Source: Candidatus Saccharimonadia bacterium (GTDB lineage Bacteria; Patescibacteriota; Saccharimonadia; UBA4664; SCTI01). Taken from it: a DNA stretch of 64,000 nucleotides. The stretch lies in NCBI GenBank assembly GCA_046597065.1, contig JBKJLI010000002.1:180071-244070 (forward strand), written 5' to 3'. Positions 49,044-58,941 of the stretch are shown piece after piece; position 1 is the first letter of the stretch; every line of letters begins with the position of its first letter. A program made the translations under genes and the position numbers. The notes under the pieces are model-generated. The model was not told the origin of the DNA. It made no database searches and saw only the letters and a program-made list of their open reading frames with translations.

Positions 49044-49159
49044 AGATTACTGAAGACCGAGGCTGTCGTAAGACTTAATTCGCCTCCGAGGTACGCTTTC
49101 AGCGAAAGTTGTTTGCAAACGTCTTCGGCAGTCGCCGAATTTTTGTTTTTGGAGGCCAG
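49044..49159 (+). promoter_or_regulatory. putative ribosomal protein L10 leader (autoregulatory 5' UTR) with 10-nt palindrome GTTTGCAAAC and terminator-like hairpin TTCGGC-AGTC-GCCGAA + U-tract (49124-49150) just before SD
   Basis: Position upstream of rplJ and structure; family assignment by analogy to Rfam L10 leader, not by alignment. Confidence 0.4.
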
Positions 49160-49690
49160 ATGGCAATTACTAGACAACACAAAGAAGCCAACATAACTAT
49201 GCTAGAGAAGCAATTTTCTGAGCTTAAGTTGATGGTACTTACTGACTATCGGGGCCTTTCAGTGGCCGAAATTAGTGAGTTACGCGCTAATTTGCGTGAA
49301 GCTGGTATCACTTATCATGTCACCAAAAACACATTACTAAGAATTGCCGCCAAGAACACTCCGGCACTTGCAGACATTGACCCAGCTACATTTAGTGGAC
49401 CAATGGCTTTGGCGATTTCAACAGATGACGAAATTGCACCGGCAAGAGTTGTCTTTCAATACGCCAAAAAGCACCAAGCACTCGAAATTGTGGGCGCGGT
49501 TACTGGCGAAGGGCAGGTGTTAAGCCCGGCTGAAGTCAAGGCACTTGCTACCCTGCCAACGCGTGACCAGTTATTAGCACAGGTGGTTGGTACAATTGCC
49601 GCACCGCTGAGCGGATTTGTTGGCGTCATGGGTGCAAATGTTCGCGGCATCGTAACAGTTTTAAATGCAATTAAAGAAACTAAGGAGTAA
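49160..49690 (+). CDS. rplJ: 50S ribosomal protein L10 (start MAITRQHK after GGAGG)
   Basis: L10 family; ORF-track 5' extension rejected. Confidence 0.9.
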   Translation: MAITRQHKEANITMLEKQFSELKLMVLTDYRGLSVAEISELRANLREAGITYHVTKNTLLRIAAKNTPALADIDPATFSGPMALAISTDDEIAPARVVFQYAKKHQALEIVGAVTGEGQVLSPAEVKALATLPTRDQLLAQVVGTIAAPLSGFVGVMGANVRGIVTVLNAIKETKE

Positions 49691-49693
49691 ATT

Positions 49694-50107
49694 ATGGCAG
49701 ATGAAGCCAAAACAGCAGAAAAAGTAGAAATTCCAGCTAAGTTTAAAGACTTAGTTGATCAAATCGATAAGCTAAGTGTACTTGAGTTAAGTGAGCTAGT
49801 TAAAGTACTAGAAGACCACTATGGTGTTTCAGCCGCTGCACCAGCCGCTGCTGTAGCCGCTGCACCAGCTGCCGACGAAGACACTGCCGAAGAAAAGAGC
49901 GCCTTTACCGTAATTCTAGCCGCTGCCGGCGACCAGAAAATTAACGTGATTAAAGCAGTACGTGAAATCACCGGCCTTGGGCTTGCCGAAAGCAAAGCCC
50001 TGGTTGATGGTGCGCCTAAGCCAATTAAAGAAAACGCTCCCAAGGCCGAAGCCGATGAAGCTAAGGCAGCCCTTGAAGCCGCCGGCGCCACAGTCGAACT
50101 GCAGTAA
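49694..50107 (+). CDS. rplL: 50S ribosomal protein L7/L12
   Basis: Ala-rich hinge and conserved CTD. Confidence 0.95.
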   Translation: MADEAKTAEKVEIPAKFKDLVDQIDKLSVLELSELVKVLEDHYGVSAAAPAAAVAAAPAADEDTAEEKSAFTVILAAAGDQKINVIKAVREITGLGLAESKALVDGAPKPIKENAPKAEADEAKAALEAAGATVELQ

Positions 50108-50193
50108 CCCTGCAACTTCACGCTTTACTGATTACCGCCTTTCTGCTTGAATAGAGTTAATCAAGACATACCAAAACAAATGGGTATTCCAAC

Positions 50194-50703
50194 GTGGCCG
50201 ATATCGCCGATAAACAATTAAAAACGCTCAAGAAACTTATTGAGACTGCCGAAACCAACTTAGCCGGAGCCAGGGAGCTCTTGGCTAGTTTGGTTGGTGA
50301 AGAAATTGGCAGTTCGCCGATAACCGATCGTGACGCCGGGGCTAAAGTAATTGAAGGCCAGTTTGATGGCCAGAAAATGATTGGCGAAGACGGAAAACCA
50401 TATCAGGTTCCAGCCAACTACGCCTCTAAATCTAAGCTGGTACAGACCGATGGATTAAAGTTGACCATTGGCGAAGACGGCGCTTTCTTATATAAGCAAA
50501 TTGCTCCGGTTCAACGCCGTAAATTGATAGGCACGCTCAACCTAAAAGATGGTCAGTACTATGTTGAAGCACAAGGACACGACTACCGAGTACTATTTGC
50601 CAGCGTAACCTATTACAAGGCTCAGCCTGGCGATCAGGTTACAATTGTCATACCCGAAGAGGGTGACTCTGATTGGGCTGCCATTGAAGCCGTTTTAGCT
50701 TAA
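50194..50703 (+). CDS. hypothetical protein (GTG start), acidic, no recognised domain
   Basis: 169-aa ORF between rplL and dnaX. Confidence 0.45.
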   Translation: MADIADKQLKTLKKLIETAETNLAGARELLASLVGEEIGSSPITDRDAGAKVIEGQFDGQKMIGEDGKPYQVPANYASKSKLVQTDGLKLTIGEDGAFLYKQIAPVQRRKLIGTLNLKDGQYYVEAQGHDYRVLFASVTYYKAQPGDQVTIVIPEEGDSDWAAIEAVLA

Positions 50704-50812
50704 ATCAGTCGTTCTTATCCCCATTTCTGTTCATAACCAGTGCCTGGCCACCTCAAACCATAAGGCGTATAATTTAGCTTACTAACAGTAGTGGTTAAAC
50801 GGGGGTCTATAG

Positions 50813-52252
50813 GTGTCAGAACTGGCGCTTTACCGTAAGTACCGTAGTCAAAATTTTGCTGCGGTCATCGGCCAAGATCATATTGTGTCTACGCTTAAGT
50901 CGGCAATTGCGCACGACCACTTGGCGCATGCGTACTTGCTAACCGGCCCCCGAGGAGTTGGCAAGACAAGTGTGGCCCGACTCTTAGCTAGAGCTGCAAA
51001 CTGTACAGCCGAAAATCCAGCTGATCGCCCTTGCGGCATCTGCGCAAACTGTAAAGTTGAAATTGGCAGCCACTTAGATCTGATCGAGATTGATGCCGCT
51101 AGTAACCGCGGAATTGACGACGCTAGGGCACTTCGTGAACGCATTAGCAGCGTTCCGTCGCTCGGCCGCTATAAGGTATACATTATCGACGAAGCTCATA
51201 TGTTAACCAATGAGGCTTTCAATGCCCTGCTTAAGACGCTAGAGGAGCCTCCAGCCCATGCGTTATTCATACTTGCTACAACCGAATCTCACAAGCTTCC
51301 CGATACCATTATTTCGCGAACTCAGCGTTTTAGTTTTCGACCCATCACATCTGTTGCAATCGCTAAACATCTGCGCAAAATTGCCGACACCGAAAAAATT
51401 GAAGTTGACGATGCTGCTCTTGAGCTAATTGCTAGTTCAAGCCATGGTGGTTTTCGGGACGCAATTAGTCTACTAGACCAAGCCGCCAGCGGAGGCGAAG
51501 CCAGGCTAACGGTTGAGATTATTCATAATTTACTTGGCCAAGCCGATCCTAAGTTGATAAGCAGCATAATCGCAGCAGTAGCTACGACAAACACAGCAGC
51601 CGCGCTATTAGCTTTAGATGAAGCCTGGTCTGCTGGCGTGCAGCCGGTTCAACTTATCCGTCAGCTAATAGATTACTATCGTCGTGGCTTACGCGGTGAA
51701 ACTGCTATTGAATCGGCCCAAGCGATTTCTCAACTACTACCGGTCTTAAAATCACCTTGGCCGGAATTAGCTGCAGAAGCGGCAATTGTTACTTATATTG
51801 AAGCTTTACAGCCGGATTCCGCCCAACAGAATGTAAAGTCTGCGGCAGTAAGTCGCGTGGAACTCCCTAGCCCTACGGCTCCGCCACCAGCTGAACCAGA
51901 AGTTGCCCCAGAGCAACCGCTGGCATCTAACGGCGGCGATTTGTGGATGAAAGCCCTTACCCAGATAAAGCAAAAAAATAACTCTTTATACGCGCTTTTA
52001 AGCACATCCTCATGCCAGGTGCGATTCGATGGCAATGAAGTGATTGTTGACTGTCGTTTTGGTTTTCATCGTGACAGGATTCAAGAAAACATTCAGCTTT
52101 TAGAACAGACATTAGCAAGAGTTTATGGTCGCAAATTAAAGGTAATAGCCCAAATCCAGGCTCCGGCAGCGGCAGTGGCGGCTACCGACCCCGCAGCCGA
52201 ACTGGTGTCATCAGCATTAGAAATATTAGGCGGGGAGGTGGTTGATGGCTAA
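50813..52252 (+). CDS. dnaX: DNA polymerase III subunit gamma/tau (GTG start)
   Basis: AAA+ GPRGVGKTS, Zn module CGICANC, sensor motifs. Confidence 0.9.
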   Translation: MSELALYRKYRSQNFAAVIGQDHIVSTLKSAIAHDHLAHAYLLTGPRGVGKTSVARLLARAANCTAENPADRPCGICANCKVEIGSHLDLIEIDAASNRGIDDARALRERISSVPSLGRYKVYIIDEAHMLTNEAFNALLKTLEEPPAHALFILATTESHKLPDTIISRTQRFSFRPITSVAIAKHLRKIADTEKIEVDDAALELIASSSHGGFRDAISLLDQAASGGEARLTVEIIHNLLGQADPKLISSIIAAVATTNTAAALLALDEAWSAGVQPVQLIRQLIDYYRRGLRGETAIESAQAISQLLPVLKSPWPELAAEAAIVTYIEALQPDSAQQNVKSAAVSRVELPSPTAPPPAEPEVAPEQPLASNGGDLWMKALTQIKQKNNSLYALLSTSSCQVRFDGNEVIVDCRFGFHRDRIQENIQLLEQTLARVYGRKLKVIAQIQAPAAAVAATDPAAELVSSALEILGGEVVDG

Positions 52253-53639
52253 AATCGCAACACAAACCAAACCTCCTACTTTAAGTTCGGCTAAGCTACC
52301 AGCTGGAGTAGTTGCTCCCCATAGCCTTGAAGCCGAGGGTAGTTTGTTAGGTGCGGTGCTTGTCGATAAGGAGGCTTTAATTAAAATAGCTGACATCATA
52401 AACCCTGACGATTTTTACGCTGCCCGTAACGGTATTATTTTTAGTGCCATGTTGGATTTATATGAAGCCAGACAGCCGCTTGATTTATTAACTTTGTCTA
52501 ATCGCTTATCAGAATTAAAAGAGCTTGAAAAGGTCGGTGGAGCGGTGTATTTAACCGAACTGGTTGAGCAAGTGCCAACAGCTGCTCATGTGGTTCATTA
52601 TGCCCAAATTGTGGCGCACAAAGCCACATTAAGGAGACTAATAGGCGCTGCATCGCTGATTTCAAGTTTTGGTTATGATGAAAGCACGCCTCTAGATGGC
52701 TTGCTAGATCAAGCTGAACAAACTCTCTTTGCAGTATCCCAAAAGCATTTGCGTCAGAATTTTATCCCGATTAGCTCGGTGTTAGCAGAATCTTTCGAAA
52801 GATTAGATGAGTTGCACAAGGATAAAAATAGCTTGCGCGGCGTTCCAACCGGCTTTAGGGCCCTCGATAACATCCTGGCCGGTTTACAAAAATCTGATCT
52901 GGTAATTTTAGCCGCCCGGCCTAGTATGGGTAAAACCACACTGGCCCTAAATATTGCTCACCATGTCGCTGTAAAAGAAGGTATTCCGGTGGGCTTTTTC
53001 TCGCTAGAAATGGGTAAAGAGCAGCTAATTGATCGACTGTTAGCATCAGAATCGGGGATTGAATCATGGAAATTGCGCAATGGACGGCTTGAAGATGCTG
53101 ATTTTCCTAAAATTAACGATGCCATGGCCGTGCTTAGTGAAGCGCCAATTTTTATTGATGATTCACCGACAACCAACATTATGGAAATGCGCACTAAAGC
53201 TAGGAGACTTCAAACTGAACACGATCTTGGGTTAATCGTAGTCGATTACTTACAACTAATAAGTGGCCGTAGTAATAGTAGCGAGAATCGCGTGCAGGAG
53301 GTTTCAGAAATTTCGCGTGGGCTAAAGAGCTTGGCACGAGAGCTTAACGTGCCAGTTCTTGCACTAAGCCAACTTTCACGTAGCGTCGAATCACGTACGC
53401 CTCCTATTCCATTGCTGTCGGACTTACGTGAATCTGGTTCGATCGAACAGGATGCCGACGTAGTGATGTTCATTTATCGCGAAGATTACTATAAAGATCA
53501 AGATTCGGAGCAACCAGGTGCGGCCCAAATTATGGTGCGCAAACACCGCAATGGCCCCACCGGCCAGGCCGAACTGTTCTTTCACCCAGAGCGAACCTTG
53601 TTCCGCGATGTTGACCGCGTACATTCACACTCGTCGTAG
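52242..53639 (+). CDS. dnaB: replicative DNA helicase DnaB
   Basis: Walker A ARPSMGKTT, RecA-like fold; 465 aa, no intein. Confidence 0.93.
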   Translation: MMAKIATQTKPPTLSSAKLPAGVVAPHSLEAEGSLLGAVLVDKEALIKIADIINPDDFYAARNGIIFSAMLDLYEARQPLDLLTLSNRLSELKELEKVGGAVYLTELVEQVPTAAHVVHYAQIVAHKATLRRLIGAASLISSFGYDESTPLDGLLDQAEQTLFAVSQKHLRQNFIPISSVLAESFERLDELHKDKNSLRGVPTGFRALDNILAGLQKSDLVILAARPSMGKTTLALNIAHHVAVKEGIPVGFFSLEMGKEQLIDRLLASESGIESWKLRNGRLEDADFPKINDAMAVLSEAPIFIDDSPTTNIMEMRTKARRLQTEHDLGLIVVDYLQLISGRSNSSENRVQEVSEISRGLKSLARELNVPVLALSQLSRSVESRTPPIPLLSDLRESGSIEQDADVVMFIYREDYYKDQDSEQPGAAQIMVRKHRNGPTGQAELFFHPERTLFRDVDRVHSHSS

Positions 53640-53701
53640 AGTTTCTTTACAAAGCTATTTATGCCGGTTATGCTTAAATCAAGTTAGATAATGAGGAAAA
53701 T

Positions 53702-54202
53702 TTGGTGGCAAAACGTAAAGCTTCGACGGCAGGGCAGGTTGGCCGCTTTGGCCTTGTCGGCCTAATGAATACAGCGATCGACTTTGTTCTATTTTTGGGA
53801 TTAACCAAGGTGTTTTCAATCCCGCTCGATCGGGTTTGGACCGCTAAGCTGGTATCGGGTGCTGTGGCCATGACCAACAGCTTTTACTGGAACCGTAAGT
53901 TTGTATTTAAGCGTGATAAGGTTAATGGCGAACAGGCCACGCAGCAGTTTGTGCGCTTTGTCACCGCCACCCTAATTGGTACCCTGGTAATCCAAACCGG
54001 CCTGGTGCAGTTGTTTTCGAACAACTACCCCCAACTAGGGCAGCTTGGATTCGACATTGCCACGGCGCTGGGCATTGTACAGATCAAACCAGACATTTTA
54101 ACGCTGGCGCTATTCATTAAGGTGGCCGCCTTCGGCTTAGCTACCATCGGCAGTATGACCTGGAACTTCTTGTTCTATAAAATGTGGGCATTCAAGTCAT
54201 GA
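53702..54202 (+). CDS. GtrA-family polyisoprenyl-sugar flippase-like membrane protein
   Basis: 4-TM GtrA topology with RFGLVGLMNTAIDF N-terminus. Confidence 0.7.
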   Translation: MVAKRKASTAGQVGRFGLVGLMNTAIDFVLFLGLTKVFSIPLDRVWTAKLVSGAVAMTNSFYWNRKFVFKRDKVNGEQATQQFVRFVTATLIGTLVIQTGLVQLFSNNYPQLGQLGFDIATALGIVQIKPDILTLALFIKVAAFGLATIGSMTWNFLFYKMWAFKS

Positions 54203-55755
54203 GTGGCGCAATTAGTCGATGGCTTAAAAACAACGCCTTTATCCTAGCGATCATTGGCATTATGGTGTTAGCAGCATTCATGCGCTTTTATCAGCTGGCA
54301 AGCCTACCCCCAGGGCTTCATCCAGATGAGGCTGCCAACGGATTGGATGTGTTCCGAATATTTAATCATGATTACCGCCCGTTCTATACCACCAACGGCG
54401 GCCGCGAAGCTCTGTTCTTTTATTTGCAAGCTATCGGTGTAAGCATCTTTGGTAACACCATCTTAGGCCTACGGGCTGCACCGGCGCTGCTTGGTACCCT
54501 GGCGGTTGCAGCAGTTTACTTATGGTCGGCTAGTTGGTTTGGGCGACGCGTTGGCCTACTGGCAGCCTTACTAATGGCCGTAACGCCTTGGGGCGTGACA
54601 ATCTCACGAGATGGTTTTAGAGCCAGCATGCTAATGCTGATGATCCCGCTAACTTTGTGGTTGGGCACTAAGGCGATCCAAACCAAGGGCAAACTATGGC
54701 TGGCGTTAGCTGGTATCAGCTTTGGAGCCGGGTTCTACACCTATATTGCTTACCGATTGTTCCCAGTGGCGTTATTTGCAATCGGGCTATACATCTTAAT
54801 CTGGCGTCGACATTATATAAAACAGTGGAAGCGTCCACTGTTGGTATTTGGTATTGCAACCACCGTAGCATTGCTACCTTTGGGTATTTTCACCTTGCAG
54901 CACCCAGCAGATGTGGCAGGCCGTCCGGCCGGAGTCAGTTTCTTAAATAAGGATCTTAACCATGGCAAGCCGTTACAAACCCTAAGCGATACGCTTGTTA
55001 AGACCGCCTTAATGTTTAATATCACCGGTGATGAAAACTATCGCCAAAATCTTGGTGGCCAACCGGCCTTTAACGTTTTTGTAGGCGTGATGTTCTTGTT
55101 AGGTATATTTGTAGCAATCGCACGGATCAAACGACTGGCTTACTTTTCACTTCTAATGGTGTTTGGGGCCATGTTGTTGCCGGAGGTGTTAACCGCCGAA
55201 GGCATACCACACTTTTTGCGAGCAATCGGAGCCTTGGCCCCAGCTCTGGTGCTAGCAGCTGTTGGTATCAGCTATCTACTTAACCAGTGGTATAGTGTTT
55301 TTCCACTTAACCGTGCGGCTCGGGCCGCTGGAACTGTTGCTGTTGGCATATTACTGGCACTGACAGTCTATCAGGGCTACGTACAGTACTTTGTGGCATG
55401 GGCCAATAGCCAGCAAACCTATGATGACTATGCCGAAGATGCGGTGGCATTAGGTAACTATTATGTCGATAATCGCTTTAATGGTAAGCGCTACGCCGTT
55501 ACAGGCGAGTATTCGATGCAAACGGTTGAGTATCTTACTCATAACAAATCTAACTACATGCACGTTGATACCAATAAGGTTGATGGCATCCCCCTAGACG
55601 CAGGCACTGCCAAAGAGTTTGCAGTCTTTGAAAACGATCAAGAGCAGGTTCTAAAACGTTTAAGGCAAAAATTTCCCAAAGGCCAGACCAGCCCCCATTA
55701 CTCAACCTTTAGTGGCGACGAGCTGTTCGTAATCTACACCGTTCCGGCACAATGA
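54184..55755 (+). CDS. GT-C fold glycosyltransferase (ArnT/PMT_2, family 39/83-like)
   Basis: HPDEAANG first-loop DE motif, >10 TM helices. Confidence 0.7.
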   Translation: MGIQVMSGAISRWLKNNAFILAIIGIMVLAAFMRFYQLASLPPGLHPDEAANGLDVFRIFNHDYRPFYTTNGGREALFFYLQAIGVSIFGNTILGLRAAPALLGTLAVAAVYLWSASWFGRRVGLLAALLMAVTPWGVTISRDGFRASMLMLMIPLTLWLGTKAIQTKGKLWLALAGISFGAGFYTYIAYRLFPVALFAIGLYILIWRRHYIKQWKRPLLVFGIATTVALLPLGIFTLQHPADVAGRPAGVSFLNKDLNHGKPLQTLSDTLVKTALMFNITGDENYRQNLGGQPAFNVFVGVMFLLGIFVAIARIKRLAYFSLLMVFGAMLLPEVLTAEGIPHFLRAIGALAPALVLAAVGISYLLNQWYSVFPLNRAARAAGTVAVGILLALTVYQGYVQYFVAWANSQQTYDDYAEDAVALGNYYVDNRFNGKRYAVTGEYSMQTVEYLTHNKSNYMHVDTNKVDGIPLDAGTAKEFAVFENDQEQVLKRLRQKFPKGQTSPHYSTFSGDELFVIYTVPAQ

Positions 55756-56510
55756 GTCGGCCCAAGCTTAGCTTGATTATCCCGGCATACCAAGAAGCCA
55801 GGCGGATTGAAGCCAGCTTGGATCAACTAGCCAGCTATTTAAAACGCCACCATTACAGCGATTATGAAGTATTAGTGGTGGTGGCTGATAGCCCGGATGG
55901 TACGGCTGAATTGGCTGATGCTAAATCTAAGCTGTTTGAGAGTTTTAGGGTAGTTCACGCTGGGCCCAAGGTCGGAAAGGGCCGCGACGTTCGTACTGGT
56001 ATGTTTGAAGCCCAAGGGGATTATCGGCTGTTTATGGATGCCGACCTAGCTACGCCGTTGCACCACTTAGAATCGGTACGTAAGCTTACGGCGCAGGGTA
56101 AACCAGTGGTTATTGCCGTACGCAATCTTAAAAGTAGCCATACTGGCATGCGTAAGCTGGTTTCCAGCTTGGGCAACCTATTGGTTCAGATTCTGTTGTT
56201 ACCGGGCTTAAAAGACTCCCAATGTGGGTTTAAAGCATTCAGCGCCGAGGCCGCCAATGAGCTATTTAGCCGCCAAACAATTTTGGGCTGGGGCTTTGAC
56301 ATGGAAATTTTGGCAATTGCTCGTAATCGTAAATACGAAATTTCACAAATTGTGGTAGCCGACTGGAGCGATAAACCTAACGGGACATTTGAGGGTGAGG
56401 TTGGTGCTGCGGCGCTTGAAACACTTGGAGAATTATTTGCTATTACCTGGCGCCGCCTAACTGGTCGCTACCGTCATAAAAACTTTAACTATGAGCCATA
56501 TCAATCATGA
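55752..56510 (+). CDS. GT2 polyprenyl-phosphate sugar synthase (GtrB/DPM1/ArnC-like)
   Basis: SLIIPAYQE N-terminus and DAD (DxD) motif. Confidence 0.75.
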   Translation: MSRPKLSLIIPAYQEARRIEASLDQLASYLKRHHYSDYEVLVVVADSPDGTAELADAKSKLFESFRVVHAGPKVGKGRDVRTGMFEAQGDYRLFMDADLATPLHHLESVRKLTAQGKPVVIAVRNLKSSHTGMRKLVSSLGNLLVQILLLPGLKDSQCGFKAFSAEAANELFSRQTILGWGFDMEILAIARNRKYEISQIVVADWSDKPNGTFEGEVGAAALETLGELFAITWRRLTGRYRHKNFNYEPYQS

Positions 56511-57982
56511 AACTGTTGCAACGTCTTAGCCCATCAATTTATTTAACACTCTTAATAGCGGTGGGGGCGGTTGTACGCTTTTATCACATTGCCGGATCAA
56601 GCATCTGGCATGATGAGGGCTACACTATGATGCTGGCTCCAGATGGTTTTATTGAGACCCTTACCCGCACTGGCCGCGATGTCCACCCGCCGTTATACTA
56701 TTTGGCACTGCATGACTGGATGCTAGTGTTTGGTAATAGTGCAACCTCTGCTCGAGGCATGAGTGCCGTTTTCATGTTAGGCATGATTCCGCTGATGTAT
56801 TTACTGATTAAGCGCCTGTTTAACGAGCCTGCTGCCCGGGTTGCTGCCTTGTTTGTAACTCTAGCCCCATTTTTAGTGCGCTACAGCCAAGAAGCCCGCA
56901 TGTACGGGATGGTGGCATTTTTGCTACTACTAGCTACTTATGCATTAGTTAGAGCTCTACAAAAGGGTAGTAAATGGTGGTGGGCGATTTACGCCTTGGC
57001 CTTAGCTGCCGGTTTATATACCCACTACTACAGCGTTTTTATGATCTTGGTGCACTGGATCTACGTGGCGAGCTTTTCCAACCGCAAAACAAAACAGGGC
57101 TTGTTTAATCCATGGTGGTGGGGCGCAAACGTAGCCGCCGCCGCTCTTTTCTTGCCCTGGGTCCCAACCGCCTACGCCCAGTTTACCCGCGTACAGGGCT
57201 CGTTCTGGATACCGAAACCCAATATCACCACCCTGCCTAACACCTTGCTGCAGTTTATGGTTTATAACACCATCGACAAGTTGGCCATCTGGATTAAAGT
57301 GCTAATTACCGGTGGTTTTGCAGCCGGAGTGGCCGGATTGTTTATAGCTGCTAAGAAGTACCGACGATCGTCACTACTCATAGCTGTTTACGCACTTTTG
57401 GCCCCGGTTTTAGTGGTGTTACTGTCGTACAAGCGGCCAATATATATCGATCGCTACTTTGTATTTGCGGCTGTAGCCTTTTACGCGCTTCTTGGGGTCA
57501 TTATGGTTCTGGGTTGGCCCTTAGCTAAACGTCCGCGAGCCCAAGCAGCCGTGATCATATTTACATGTAGTTTATTTATCGCTGGTATATACGGCGTGGC
57601 TTATCAGGGAACTTGGCAGATGAAGAAAGTAGGAGCCGTGGTTAATAACAACTACTTGCCAGGCGACGAAATTCTTTCTGGAGAGTTGTATACATTCTTT
57701 GATTTTAGCTACTACAACCACACCGGGCATCAAACCAAACTATGGGCTAAGAACGGCGTTAACGGTTATGGCGAAAGTAGCTTAATTTACGATCGTGCCG
57801 ATCAAATCGTGGTGCGTAAACTGGAAGATATCAAGCCGACCTCTGGTTACATATGGGTAGTCGGTAAAACTGGCAAAAAGGATTACTTTGAGCATGTTCC
57901 AGTAACTTGGGTAACAGTGGGCCAAAAGTATGAGTACAACGGCGCAGCTGTACAAAAATTCCGCGTTCTGGCTCGTCCATAG
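56507..57982 (+). CDS. second GT-C fold glycosyltransferase (PMT_2/ArnT-like)
   Basis: WHDEGYT first-loop motif, polytopic. Confidence 0.7.
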   Translation: MKLLQRLSPSIYLTLLIAVGAVVRFYHIAGSSIWHDEGYTMMLAPDGFIETLTRTGRDVHPPLYYLALHDWMLVFGNSATSARGMSAVFMLGMIPLMYLLIKRLFNEPAARVAALFVTLAPFLVRYSQEARMYGMVAFLLLLATYALVRALQKGSKWWWAIYALALAAGLYTHYYSVFMILVHWIYVASFSNRKTKQGLFNPWWWGANVAAAALFLPWVPTAYAQFTRVQGSFWIPKPNITTLPNTLLQFMVYNTIDKLAIWIKVLITGGFAAGVAGLFIAAKKYRRSSLLIAVYALLAPVLVVLLSYKRPIYIDRYFVFAAVAFYALLGVIMVLGWPLAKRPRAQAAVIIFTCSLFIAGIYGVAYQGTWQMKKVGAVVNNNYLPGDEILSGELYTFFDFSYYNHTGHQTKLWAKNGVNGYGESSLIYDRADQIVVRKLEDIKPTSGYIWVVGKTGKKDYFEHVPVTWVTVGQKYEYNGAAVQKFRVLARP

Positions 57983-58036
57983 TCCAGATTTAAGCTACAA
58001 TATTAAATATTAACTCGATATGGCGAAGGAGCTATA

Positions 58037-58324
58037 ATGTTTGATCGTGCAAAAACCCTATATGAGCTCAAAAAGATTCAGTCAGCTTTAGCCAAAGAGG
58101 TGATTGAAGTTGAAGCCGGCAATGGTGCGGTTACAGTTGAGATTAATGGAGAGCAAAAAATAAAGCGCATAAGCCTTAATCGTGATTTGATTGATCTTGA
58201 CGAGATATCAAAACTCGAAAAGCAGATCGAATCGGCTATCACACAGGCTATCACTCAAAGCCAACAACTGGCCGCCGAAAAAATGAAATCGGTTGCCGGC
58301 GGCCTTGGTATACCCGGCCTGTAA
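58037..58324 (+). CDS. ybaB: nucleoid-associated protein YbaB/EbfC
   Basis: 95-aa YbaB family; upstream of recR. Confidence 0.85.
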   Translation: MFDRAKTLYELKKIQSALAKEVIEVEAGNGAVTVEINGEQKIKRISLNRDLIDLDEISKLEKQIESAITQAITQSQQLAAEKMKSVAGGLGIPGL

Positions 58325-58341
58325 CCGAGTACCGTTAGCCT

Positions 58342-58941
58342 ATGCAAATTATTCCACCATCGGTTGATAAGTTGATAGAAGAGTTCGGGCGCCTACCCGG
58401 AATTGGGCCGCGCTCGGCAGAAAGGTTGGTATTCTTTCTGCTTAAGTCAGATACCGGACAAGAAGAGCGTTTGGGGCAAGCTTTGGTTGAATTACGGCGA
58501 AATTTATCGACCTGTTCGCGTTGCCATAATCTAAGCGAGGGTGAGCTTTGTGTCATATGTTCAAGCCCCCGTCGTGACCCTAAAATTTTGGCAGTAGTAG
58601 AAGAACCGCTTGATGTCGTGGCGGTTGAAAAAACCGGCCTATACCACGGACTGTATCATATTTTGGGCGGGGTAATCTCTCCAATTGATGGCATCGGCCC
58701 CAATCAACTAACCATCGACCACTTAATTCAGCGTGTTAAAGAGGGTGAAGTACAAGAAGTGGTTTTAGCTACAAACCCCACCACCGAGGGCGAAGCAACG
58801 GCGCTGTACATTCGTAAGCAGTTGGCTGATAGCGAGCTAAAAATTAGCCGTTTGGCCCGCGGATTGCCGGTTGGTGGCGATCTAGAGTATGCCGATCAAA
58901 TAACCTTGGGCCGGGCACTTCAAGAACGGCAGGTATTCTAA
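58342..58941 (+). CDS. recR: recombination protein RecR
   Basis: HhH, C4 zinc finger CSRCHNLSEGELCVIC, Toprim. Confidence 0.93.
   Translation: MQIIPPSVDKLIEEFGRLPGIGPRSAERLVFFLLKSDTGQEERLGQALVELRRNLSTCSRCHNLSEGELCVICSSPRRDPKILAVVEEPLDVVAVEKTGLYHGLYHILGGVISPIDGIGPNQLTIDHLIQRVKEGEVQEVVLATNPTTEGEATALYIRKQLADSELKISRLARGLPVGGDLEYADQITLGRALQERQVF

Noticed and set aside
52242-53639. Possible intein in dnaB or other large core genes
   Set aside because: DnaB is 465 aa and rpoB/rpoC are of ordinary length with continuous conserved motifs. No Hint/LAGLIDADG-like insertions seen.
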